DNA from: Breznakia blatticola
GTDB lineage: Bacteria > Bacillota_I > Bacilli_A > Erysipelotrichales > Erysipelotrichaceae
Assembly: GCF_004365815.1 (NCBI RefSeq)
Contig: NZ_SODD01000022.1
Location: 4,949-36,948, forward strand
Length of the DNA: 32,000 nt
Reading direction: 5' to 3'
Part shown: positions 11,204 through 19,202 of the stretch, piece by piece
Layout: each line of letters starts with the position of its first letter
Position numbering within the stretch: the first letter of the stretch is position 1
Notes under the pieces: model-generated
The model's database searches: none
Told to the model about the DNA's origin: nothing
What the model saw: the letters and a program-made list of their open reading frames with translations, nothing else
Program-made: the position numbers and the translations under genes

Positions 11204-12315
11204 AAGAACTACAAAGCTTAATCGCAAAACAGTGGATAATCAAGGCAGATGATCCAGAATTGTACTATAAGATTAAAGACCAACTGAAAATACTCCGCAA
11301 TTTTGTGCAGGAGAAATTAGGATATCAAATCATAGTGAGTCCTTTGATGATTAAACTTGAGAAACTACCAGCAAAAGCGGAACCTTGGATGGGGATTCAA
11401 GAATTTCAAAGTATTAAAGAATATCAAATGCTTTGTTTCGTATTAATGTTTTTAGAAGACAAAGAAAATGAGCAACAATTTGTACTTTCGGAAATTACAG
11501 AGTTTATACTTGTGCAGTTCCAAGATGAAAGCATTGATTGGACAAAATTCACAACACGTAAGCAATTGATTCGAGTACTTAAGTTTTGTGTTGATATGGG
11601 AATGTTAGTTGTTAATGATGGAGATGGGGAATTGTTTTCAAAAGATGTTGAAATTGAAGTGTTGTATGAAAATACTGGAATTTCACGCTATTTCCTGCGT
11701 AATTTTTTTAGTGATGTGTTACGTTTAAATCAGCCAAGAGATTTTCATGATTCGACATGGTTTGATGTTGATGAAACCAGTGGTATTGTACGTCGACAAA
11801 GAGTGTATCGTCGATTATTGCTTTCACCAGGAGTCTATCGTGAAAACGATGCATTAGAAGATTTTGCTTATCTTAGAAATAAAAGAAATCAAATTGAACG
11901 TGATTTTCAAAGTTTCTTACCTTGTGAAATACACTTACATAAATCTAGTGCCTATTTAGTTTTGGAGGACTATAAAAAAAGTTCATACTTCCCGAAAACC
12001 CAAGCCAAAGATGAAGTGCTTTTGTGTATATGCAAAGCTATTCAAGAGTATGCAGGTGAGCAAGTATTAGCAGAACATGAAATACTGTCTTTATCATTTA
12101 AAGATTTTGAACATCTTGTATTTCAATGTATTACACGAATTATTAAAGCTTTACCCAAAACGTATCGTGATAAAACAGTTTCATTACTAAGCAATGAGGC
12201 AATTGAACACTTAATTAACTATGGGTTTGTCGTAGTGGAAAATGAAATAGTGAAGATCCAACCAATTGTGGCGAAAATTGGTGGTAGCTATGAAGGAGTA
12301 GATGACAATGAATAA
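11200..12315 (+). CDS. jetB: Wadjet type II JetB-like protein (DUF2398 / TIGR02678-type, KITE-like subunit)
   Basis: A 371-aa protein in second position. It overlaps jetA by ATGA (11200-11203) and has a GGAGGA RBS. The call rests on size, position and operon context rather than a sharp motif. Confidence 0.65.
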   Translation: MKELQSLIAKQWIIKADDPELYYKIKDQLKILRNFVQEKLGYQIIVSPLMIKLEKLPAKAEPWMGIQEFQSIKEYQMLCFVLMFLEDKENEQQFVLSEITEFILVQFQDESIDWTKFTTRKQLIRVLKFCVDMGMLVVNDGDGELFSKDVEIEVLYENTGISRYFLRNFFSDVLRLNQPRDFHDSTWFDVDETSGIVRRQRVYRRLLLSPGVYRENDALEDFAYLRNKRNQIERDFQSFLPCEIHLHKSSAYLVLEDYKKSSYFPKTQAKDEVLLCICKAIQEYAGEQVLAEHEILSLSFKDFEHLVFQCITRIIKALPKTYRDKTVSLLSNEAIEHLINYGFVVVENEIVKIQPIVAKIGGSYEGVDDNE

Positions 12316-15300
12316 GAAATGGAAAATGCATCGGTTTGGACTTATCGATTTTTGGTATTATGTAAATGAAGAATTCTACTTTTCTGATGGACATATGCTT
12401 CTTAGAGGGAGTAATGGTAGTGGGAAATCTGTAACGTTACAAAGTTGTATTCCTTTGCTACTGGACGGAAATCGTAGTAGCGAAAGAATCGATCCGTTTG
12501 GAACACGCGCAAGAAAAGTAGACACTTATTTAATTGATGAAGACAGTGATCGTGAGGAACGCATTGGCTATCTTTACTTGGAATTTAAGAAAAGTGATAG
12601 TGAGTTATATACAACTATAGGAATGGGACTTAGAGCACGTAAAAATAAACCACTTGAAAGTTGGTATTTTGTGATTGAAGACAATATGCGTGTCAATAAA
12701 GACTTGCAACTTATCAAACACGGTCTTGCGCTGACGAAAAAAGAATTACGTAATATCATTGGTAATCAATTAATTGAGCAACAAAAACAATATATGGAAA
12801 AAGTTAATAAAGTACTTTTTGGTTTTGAGACAACTGAAGAATATAAGGAAGCAATTGATTTGTTACTTCAAGTACGTCGTCCAAAATTAAGTAATGATTT
12901 TAAGCCAACAATGTTAAACGAGGTACTTAATCAATCTTTACAACCACTAAGTGAAGAAGACTTACGTCCTATGAGTGAAGCGATTACCAACATGGACAGC
13001 ATCAAAGACCAGTTGGATACACTCAAGATTAATATTCAAGCTGCAAATGTTATTGAAAAAGAATACGATTTACATAGCTATTACAATGTGTTTAGAAAGC
13101 TTGAACTTTATGAGCAAGAACAAAAACAACTAAAATCTTTGCAAAATGAATTGGAATTCAAAGGAAAAGAAATTCAACGTATTCAACAAGAAAGAGAGTA
13201 TTTAGATGCGCGTCAAATCGATTTAGATAATGAGCGTAGTATCTTAGAAGAAGAACGTCGAAGTTTAGCTAGTGACGACATACAAGCAAAACAAGATACT
13301 TTACAAGATGCAAATCATAAACATGGTGATTTAGTTATTGCTTTGGCCAATAAAGAAAAGAAAATAAACGCACTTGATAGTGATCTGTGGGATCAACGCA
13401 AGCGCGAAAAACAAAAACAAGATGAGATGGATGCTAAGTACGCACAACTACAAATATATATTCAAGAATTGGATGGACTTCATGAATCCTTTGTTTTTGG
13501 TGAACACGAATCCATGAAAGAATCCGTCTTTCCAAAACTTGAAAGACAATATGATTTAAATCATGAACGTACACAACTACAAAATCTGATAACGAAGACA
13601 AGAGAAGGATTGCAACACTTTAAAAATCTTTCGATTTACCAAATGCAAAAGAATAATATTCAAGAAGCTTACGAACTTGATAAAGAGGTATATACGATAC
13701 AAGAAAAATTGTTGGTGCAACAACAACAAAACTATCAAAATGTAGTGGAAGACTATAAAGCAAATATCGTCAGTTGGAATTATGAAAACCATTTACTAAA
13801 ACTAAGTGATGAACAAAAACAACAAATGATGAAAGCTTTACTTGCTTATGAAGATCAGCAAGATTATCACACCATACGTGATTGTCTCGATACGCTCTAC
13901 AAGAAACAGGAAAAAGAATTTCTACATAAACAATTATTCCTAGACAATAAAAGCAAAGAAATTCACCAACAAAAAAGTCAAATGGAAAGAGAGATGGAAG
14001 TTTGGCAAAATAAGCAAGATATTCAGCCAGAACTACACCAAGAAGCTCTAGAAAATCGTAAGTTGTTGCGCAAAATGAAGATTCCATTTGTGCCGTTTTA
14101 TAGTGTGTTGGAGTTTGATCCAAACATGCAAGACTCACAGCGAAATTATTGGGAAGAAGTGATTGATGCAACTGGCTTACTTCACGCAACAATTGTTGAA
14201 GAAAAGTACCGTGAACAAATCTTATCTATGGATGAAGCGTATGCAGATGTCTATGTCTTTACAGAACGCACTTTAGAGTCTATTGATTCTTATGAAATTA
14301 AAGCAAACACAACGCTTGCTCAAATCATGGATACATTACAGATTGTAGAGAAAAGTAAAGTCATTGTACACGAACAGACAATTCAGTTAGGATATCTTGA
14401 GAAACGAATTTCACAAAGAAATCAATCCAAATACATTGGAAGTAAGGCGCGTGAAGCATACCGTAAAAAGATGTTGATGCAAATGCAAGAGCAACTTGAT
14501 GCAATAACTTTATTGATGGAAGAAAATCAAAAAGAGTGGCAAACATTACAAGATGATAAACAACAACTAGAAAATGAGTATCATGGATTTCCTAGTGAAA
14601 CGCGATTATATGATTCCTATAAAGCAGTACACAATGTAGAAATTGCATTAGAGAATCTACAGTCCCAAATGGATATTAAAAACAAGAACTTACAAGAGAT
14701 TCATGCAAAAATGCAACCGATTGTTTTAGAAATCAATAAGATTGCTAAACTTGTGGATATCGAAGAAAATGAAGTAGTTTTTCAAGAAAAATTGGAAGTA
14801 ATGAAGGACTATGAAACAGTATTCACAAGATTTAGTGACTTGCAAAATAAATACTATAGTGATTTTGAGATTTTGCAGACACGAAAAGAAATGTTAGAAA
14901 GTACGCAACTACAATTAGATGAAATACAAGGTGATGTGATACGTATAAAACAAGATATTACGAAAGTAGAAGGTCAAATTTCAATACTTGAGGAACAACT
15001 TCAAGACTTGGGAATTGCAGATATCCAACAACGCTTAGAAACAATTGGTAATCGACTTTTCTCAATTGGAAAAGAGCGAGATAACAATCAATTAACGATT
15101 GGAGATCACAATCGAAATATTCTTAATTTAAATGATGCAAAAAATGAGATAGTTGAGCAAATCAAACAGCAAGAAGTAAAAGTTGTGCAATATCAAGATG
15201 TTCTTATCGAAGAATTACAAATTGGATATTTTGAACATCCTATTAATTCCTTTCAAGAACTTAAAGCGTACAAAACAGAAGATCATGAAAAACGTATGTT

Positions 15301-16306
15301 ACTGGGAAAAAATACTGCGAAGATGCAAGATATTTTCCATAATAATAAGGCACCATTAGCTGAATACCATTTATCAAATACACCATTACAAATAATGGAT
15401 GGTGTTGAAGGAGTACCAACACGTTTTGTGATTGATGCTAAATTTGCTGGAAAACAAGTGAATTTCTTCAAACTAGTTGAAATTTTGAAAGAAACGATTG
15501 AGGAACATGAAAAACTACTACTCGATAGTGATCGTCAATTATTTGAAGATATATTGATTCACACGATTAGTAGTAAGGTAAAATACAAAATTAATCAAAG
15601 TCGACGTTGGGTCGAACAAATGAATGTATATATGGATGCAATGAATACAAGTAGTAATTTGAAATTGCAACTTGTATGGAAGGCAAAAAAAGCTGACGAT
15701 GATGAACAAATGCATGTAAATGAGTTAATTAAGTTATTAGAAATTGATGCAGCAATTATCAAGCCAAGCGACTTAACAAAAATTTCTCGTCATTTCCGTT
15801 CAAAGATTAACCAAGCACGGACCATCGCAAATAGTACAGAAAGCTTTAGTAGTTTTCATCAAATTATGAAAGAAGTAATGGACTATCGTTCATGGTTTGA
15901 ATTTACTATTATTTATGAAAAAGACTTAGTAAAAGATAAGGAACTAACGAATAATAAATTTGCGACTTTCAGTGGTGGAGAGAAAGCAATTTCGATGTAC
16001 ATTCCTTTATTTTCAGCCGTGGCTGCAAAGTTTAGTAGTGGAAAAGCGGATGCACCAAGTATGATTGCTTTAGATGAAGCGTTTGCGGGAGTTGATGATA
16101 ACAATATCGAATCAATGTTCGAATTAATAGAAAAGTTTAACTTTGATTATATTATGAACTCACAAATCTTATGGGGAGATTATCCAAGTGTTAAGTCTTT
16201 AAATATATATGAATTACATCGACCTGAAGGAGGTAAGTTCGTTAGTATATTTAGATACCACTGGAATGGACAAGAAAAAAGTTATATTGCAGGAGATGTT
16301 GCATGA
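12308..16306 (+). CDS. jetC: Wadjet JetC-like SMC-family ATPase (TIGR02680-type)
   Basis: The N-terminus 'WKMHRFGLIDFWYY..FYFSDGHMLLRGSNGSGKS' carries Walker A (12407-12430). A roughly 1000-aa E/K/Q/L-rich coiled-coil-like middle follows. The C-terminus has 'FSGGEKA' (15968-15988) and Walker B 'MIALDEAF' (16061-16084). GAAGGAG (12292-12298) is optimally spaced for ATG 12308. ATG 12302 is the alternative start. Confidence 0.85.
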   Translation: MNKKWKMHRFGLIDFWYYVNEEFYFSDGHMLLRGSNGSGKSVTLQSCIPLLLDGNRSSERIDPFGTRARKVDTYLIDEDSDREERIGYLYLEFKKSDSELYTTIGMGLRARKNKPLESWYFVIEDNMRVNKDLQLIKHGLALTKKELRNIIGNQLIEQQKQYMEKVNKVLFGFETTEEYKEAIDLLLQVRRPKLSNDFKPTMLNEVLNQSLQPLSEEDLRPMSEAITNMDSIKDQLDTLKINIQAANVIEKEYDLHSYYNVFRKLELYEQEQKQLKSLQNELEFKGKEIQRIQQEREYLDARQIDLDNERSILEEERRSLASDDIQAKQDTLQDANHKHGDLVIALANKEKKINALDSDLWDQRKREKQKQDEMDAKYAQLQIYIQELDGLHESFVFGEHESMKESVFPKLERQYDLNHERTQLQNLITKTREGLQHFKNLSIYQMQKNNIQEAYELDKEVYTIQEKLLVQQQQNYQNVVEDYKANIVSWNYENHLLKLSDEQKQQMMKALLAYEDQQDYHTIRDCLDTLYKKQEKEFLHKQLFLDNKSKEIHQQKSQMEREMEVWQNKQDIQPELHQEALENRKLLRKMKIPFVPFYSVLEFDPNMQDSQRNYWEEVIDATGLLHATIVEEKYREQILSMDEAYADVYVFTERTLESIDSYEIKANTTLAQIMDTLQIVEKSKVIVHEQTIQLGYLEKRISQRNQSKYIGSKAREAYRKKMLMQMQEQLDAITLLMEENQKEWQTLQDDKQQLENEYHGFPSETRLYDSYKAVHNVEIALENLQSQMDIKNKNLQEIHAKMQPIVLEINKIAKLVDIEENEVVFQEKLEVMKDYETVFTRFSDLQNKYYSDFEILQTRKEMLESTQLQLDEIQGDVIRIKQDITKVEGQISILEEQLQDLGIADIQQRLETIGNRLFSIGKERDNNQLTIGDHNRNILNLNDAKNEIVEQIKQQEVKVVQYQDVLIEELQIGYFEHPINSFQELKAYKTEDHEKRMLLGKNTAKMQDIFHNNKAPLAEYHLSNTPLQIMDGVEGVPTRFVIDAKFAGKQVNFFKLVEILKETIEEHEKLLLDSDRQLFEDILIHTISSKVKYKINQSRRWVEQMNVYMDAMNTSSNLKLQLVWKAKKADDDEQMHVNELIKLLEIDAAIIKPSDLTKISRHFRSKINQARTIANSTESFSSFHQIMKEVMDYRSWFEFTIIYEKDLVKDKELTNNKFATFSGGEKAISMYIPLFSAVAAKFSSGKADAPSMIALDEAFAGVDDNNIESMFELIEKFNFDYIMNSQILWGDYPSVKSLNIYELHRPEGGKFVSIFRYHWNGQEKSYIAGDVA

Positions 16307-17592
16307 TTGAACAATTTGTCCGATATCTAAAAGATACACCAGGACTAGTTCGTTTTATGGATGCGTGGAAGGAAAAATATATCAAACTAAATACACTAGG
16401 TGGCACTATTAAACTAGATGATTTAAGCACCGAAGAGAAAAGTGCGATCGGTGCTTTAATCGGACGTGACTTAAGTCAGCAAAATTCTATCGTATTAAGT
16501 TATACAAAACTTATTAAAGCTTTGCGCAATACAAGATTTGAGGAAGTTGATTTTCAAGATGTTGTACTTGCATATTATGATGGATGTATTGTTTCCAAAA
16601 AAGAGGAAAATGCGGTACAACAAGAAAAAAGGAAAATATTAAAACATAAACTATTTAATGATCTTAAGGCGACTATAGCTTATGGGTGGTTAGTAAAGAT
16701 GGAAGTAGAAAATCCATCTTTATTCACACAAATGCTTCAACAATATAAACGAAATCCACAAAGAATTATGATGATTACCCAAGCACTTAATACACTACCC
16801 ATTTGGGAAAATAAGGTACGTTCTTTAAGTGTGTTTGCTAGCAGTGTTGCACAAGATCCACATTTTTTTGATGGTGGTAGCAACCTTAATTTCTTGTTGC
16901 ACGCCATTCAATATGCATTAGATGTACAAGAAACACCAACAAGTCGTATTGAAAAAAATGAAATACTTGCAAGAGCTGGGTTGCTAAAGGAAGAAACCAC
17001 AAATTACATTACCGTATTTCAAGTACAAATGAAAAACAAAAAGAATATTGAAGATGTTGGTCTTACTTGGTTTACAAAACAAGGACAGTCGATAAATCTA
17101 CATATTGGAAATTTACAGACATATCAAGAAGCTTATGGTAGTACCCATATTCTTATTTTAGAAAATCCTTCAGTATTTCAAGTGCTTCAACAATATTTAA
17201 TTGATCAAAAAATCAAGAATGTAGGGATTGTTTGTACATATGGAGAGTTAACTTTAGCTGCCTATAAACTTTTAGATATTCTCAAACTATGCGATGCACA
17301 TTTGTATTACGCAGGAGATTTTGATCCTGAAGGAGTACTTATTGCACAAAGAGTAAGTCAACGTCTAGAAGGGAACATCTCATTTCTTCACTATACGAAA
17401 AGTGATTTTGAATGTGCAAGTGCGAAAGCTATTCACTCAGATTCACGTCTGCAGAAATTAGAAAATGTTTCATTAAGTGATTTAAGTGTAATTAAAGAGT
17501 GTATACGAGAGTTTCAAACTGTTGGGTATCAAGAAGCATTACTTACTAAATATATGCGGACAATTGATGTGTGGAATATGAGTATGAAGTAA
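16303..17592 (+). CDS. jetD: Wadjet JetD-like protein with a C-terminal Toprim-type nuclease domain (TIGR02679-type)
   Basis: 'HILILENPSVF' (Glu codon 17161-17163) plus 'LYYAGDFDPEG' (DxD at 17317-17325) form a Toprim E...DxD arrangement in the C-terminal half. It overlaps jetC by ATGA and has an AGGAGA RBS. Confidence 0.8.
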   Translation: MIEQFVRYLKDTPGLVRFMDAWKEKYIKLNTLGGTIKLDDLSTEEKSAIGALIGRDLSQQNSIVLSYTKLIKALRNTRFEEVDFQDVVLAYYDGCIVSKKEENAVQQEKRKILKHKLFNDLKATIAYGWLVKMEVENPSLFTQMLQQYKRNPQRIMMITQALNTLPIWENKVRSLSVFASSVAQDPHFFDGGSNLNFLLHAIQYALDVQETPTSRIEKNEILARAGLLKEETTNYITVFQVQMKNKKNIEDVGLTWFTKQGQSINLHIGNLQTYQEAYGSTHILILENPSVFQVLQQYLIDQKIKNVGIVCTYGELTLAAYKLLDILKLCDAHLYYAGDFDPEGVLIAQRVSQRLEGNISFLHYTKSDFECASAKAIHSDSRLQKLENVSLSDLSVIKECIREFQTVGYQEALLTKYMRTIDVWNMSMK

Positions 17593-17719
17593 ATGATGAT
17601 GCAATTGTGTCATAGAAAATACGTAAATGATACTATCGAAAGTGTATTGGAAAGACAAAAACATCGAAAATTTGAGTTTATTGTCCATGCATATACTCTT
17701 TCAATGAAAATATACAAAA

Positions 17720-17780
17720 GATAGATACTGTCATTCGTTTTACATCAAACGAGTAGATGACAATAGCTATCTTTTCTTTT
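17720..17780 (+). terminator. Rho-independent terminator closing the jet operon (possibly bidirectional)
   Basis: A long imperfect hairpin pairs GATAGATACTGTCAT (17720-17734) with ATGACAATAGCTATC (17757-17771), with 2 mismatches. An inner CGTTT/AAACG pairing extends it. TTTTCTTTT follows. Confidence 0.6.
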
Positions 17781-17925
17781 ACAAATTTGTAGAATTACTA
17801 AAAAATTTCAAACTTCACTTACAAGTTGAATTGTATGTCGATACATAACACGTATGTCTATTTATATCCCACATGTATATTATTATCTATTCTTATTTAT
17901 GACAACTAAAGCAAATAATCACAAC

Positions 17926-18486
17926 TTACTTTTTGGTGTAAATATCACTTTCTGCAGGCATCGCTTGTCCTGAAGTCATTCTAATTTTATCGTTATTAGT
18001 AGATACGATGATTGTTTTTTCACTTCCATCATCCGTAGGTACATAGCACTCAATGTCTGTTCCAGGAAGATAAATTCCAACAGCAAATCCGCCTACTGAA
18101 TCTTTATTACCAATACCCCACCAGAAATAATTATTCATTTCATTGTAGTCGATAGATGATGCAATCTGACTGCTTGAATCATCACCAAATTCAGGATCGT
18201 GGAAATATACTGTTCCATCCATGTTTATCGTAACTACATCGCCGTTAGAGTTTACGTAATCTCCAGCAATCGAAGTTCGGTCGTTATTAAGCAACTCATT
18301 CTTTATTGTTTCATTATCTTTAGTTGGATCAGTTTCAACTGGTTGTTTTGATTCTTCATTATTTGAGTCCTCTTTTTTTACCTCATTTGCTTCTTCTTTC
18401 TTATCCGTTTCATTTGCTGATTTCCCATTTGCAAAACATCCTGTACTCAATAATAATACTAGGACCAATAATAATTTCTTTTTCAT
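17926..18486 (-). CDS. Secreted lipoprotein of unknown function
   Basis: 'MKKKLLLVLVLLLSTGC' is a signal peptide with a lipobox-like STGC. It is followed by an acidic low-complexity linker and a ~110-aa globular C-terminus. A GGAGA RBS is present. Confidence 0.7.
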   Translation of the reverse strand: MKKKLLLVLVLLLSTGCFANGKSANETDKKEEANEVKKEDSNNEESKQPVETDPTKDNETIKNELLNNDRTSIAGDYVNSNGDVVTINMDGTVYFHDPEFGDDSSSQIASSIDYNEMNNYFWWGIGNKDSVGGFAVGIYLPGTDIECYVPTDDGSEKTIIVSTNNDKIRMTSGQAMPAESDIYTKK

Positions 18487-18647
18487 AGATTATCTCCTTT
18501 ACATATGATTGTTCTTCTATAATCATAATATCACAAAAACAATAAAGTTTTGACGTTAAAAGTATCTATGATAGGAAGCAGCTATCGTTAATGATGATTT
18601 AAAGTTATTGCAAAGTATTGATTATTAAAGTGAAAGTGCTGGCTGTG

Positions 18648-18680
18648 AAAAAAGAGTCTATAAGCTTATTTTAAAGACTC
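18648..18680 (-). terminator. Weak candidate terminator for the small membrane-protein gene
   Basis: On the minus strand, GAGTCT-(15 nt)-AGACTC is followed by TTTTTT. The hairpin spans the stop codon. The stem is only 6 bp. Confidence 0.3.
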
Positions 18681-19013
18681 ATTTGAAAATCGTTGTTTTA
18701 GTTTCTTATCTTCGTGTAAATACCAAGTTACATACAGTAAATAAGAAGCAATTAGTAGTACTAAACCGATGGTATCGTTCGTGATATACGCATTAATAAC
18801 AAATGGAAAATTTAGCACAATCCCTAAAGCGATTAGTGCTTTTTTTACAAGAATTCTAGATTCATCCATATATTTTTCTTTTTTTTCATCATCCAATTTG
18901 TAATAAAATGTATAATCACCAAAAATCAGAGCCTTTTTGCTTGATAATCGAATCCCATAAATTACAAATGCAATTGTCCAATATGCAATGTTGGTAATAA
19001 CCATCCCTAACAT
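18666..19013 (-). CDS. Small integral membrane protein of unknown function
   Basis: About 115 aa with three or four hydrophobic helices. The start is moved to the ATG encoding 'MLGMVITN' because GAGGGG lies 8 nt upstream of it. The ORF-track start at 19031 overlaps that RBS. Confidence 0.55.
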   Translation of the reverse strand: MLGMVITNIAYWTIAFVIYGIRLSSKKALIFGDYTFYYKLDDEKKEKYMDESRILVKKALIALGIVLNFPFVINAYITNDTIGLVLLIASYLLYVTWYLHEDKKLKQRFSNESLK

Positions 19014-19109
19014 GAATTCACATCCCCTCAATGTTTGAAATTATTATAGCATTGTCATTTTATGTCATCAACATTGGAAAGCTTGTGATGCGTTGATTAC
19101 ATAAACAAC

Positions 19110-19126
19110 TAACATTTTGACTGTTT
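19110..19126 (+). promoter_or_regulatory. Shared 17-nt promoter/operator motif, copy 1 (upstream of alpha-galactosidase)
   Basis: TAACATTTTGACTGTTT is identical to 22384-22400. It contains a TTGACT -35-like hexamer (19117-19122). Confidence 0.45.
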
Positions 19127-19156
19127 CTTACAACGAAGCTAACTCTTCGAAAGAAA

Positions 19157-19170
19157 TGAAAGGGATTACA
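19157..19170 (+). promoter_or_regulatory. Near-consensus cre (CcpA) site
   Basis: TGAAAGGGATTACA has one mismatch (central C to G) against TGWAANCGNTNWCA. It lies 33 nt upstream of the alpha-galactosidase ATG. Confidence 0.3.
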
Positions 19171-19202
19171 ATCAACATATAGCTACAAGGAGGCATTATA
19201 TA

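Noticed and set aside
13770-14192. A 140-aa minus-strand ORF inside jetC. Similar antisense ORFs lie at 3761-4084, 4432-4758, 10617-10952, 26817-27233 and 29304-29654.
   Set aside because: All lie fully inside well-supported plus-strand genes and have no RBS. Their low-complexity or hydrophobic translations are typical of the reverse frame of A/G-rich coding DNA. They are treated as spurious.
6029-17592. Whether the SNF2 gene marks a DISARM, Dpd or BREX-type system.
   Set aside because: The partner genes are not in the window: no DUF1998 helicase pair, PLD nuclease, methyltransferase, PglZ and so on. The SNF2 gene pairs only with a SWIM protein, and the next four genes form a self-contained Jet cassette.
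9719-17592. Whether the SMC-like cassette is a housekeeping MukBEF/MksBEF condensin rather than a defence system.
   Set aside because: A fourth, coupled gene with Toprim E...DxD motifs distinguishes the nuclease-armed Wadjet/MksG-type systems. The accessory-looking context also argues against a core chromosome-segregation role. This still needs an HMM check.
5985-17615. Possible flanking direct repeats (att-like): CAATTTGTCATGG at 5987-5999 versus CAATTGTGTCATAG at 17603-17616.
   Set aside because: The match is only about 12 nt, needs an indel and is AT-rich, so it could arise by chance. The left copy lies downstream of the hydrolase remnant and inside the SNF2 promoter. No integrase is present.
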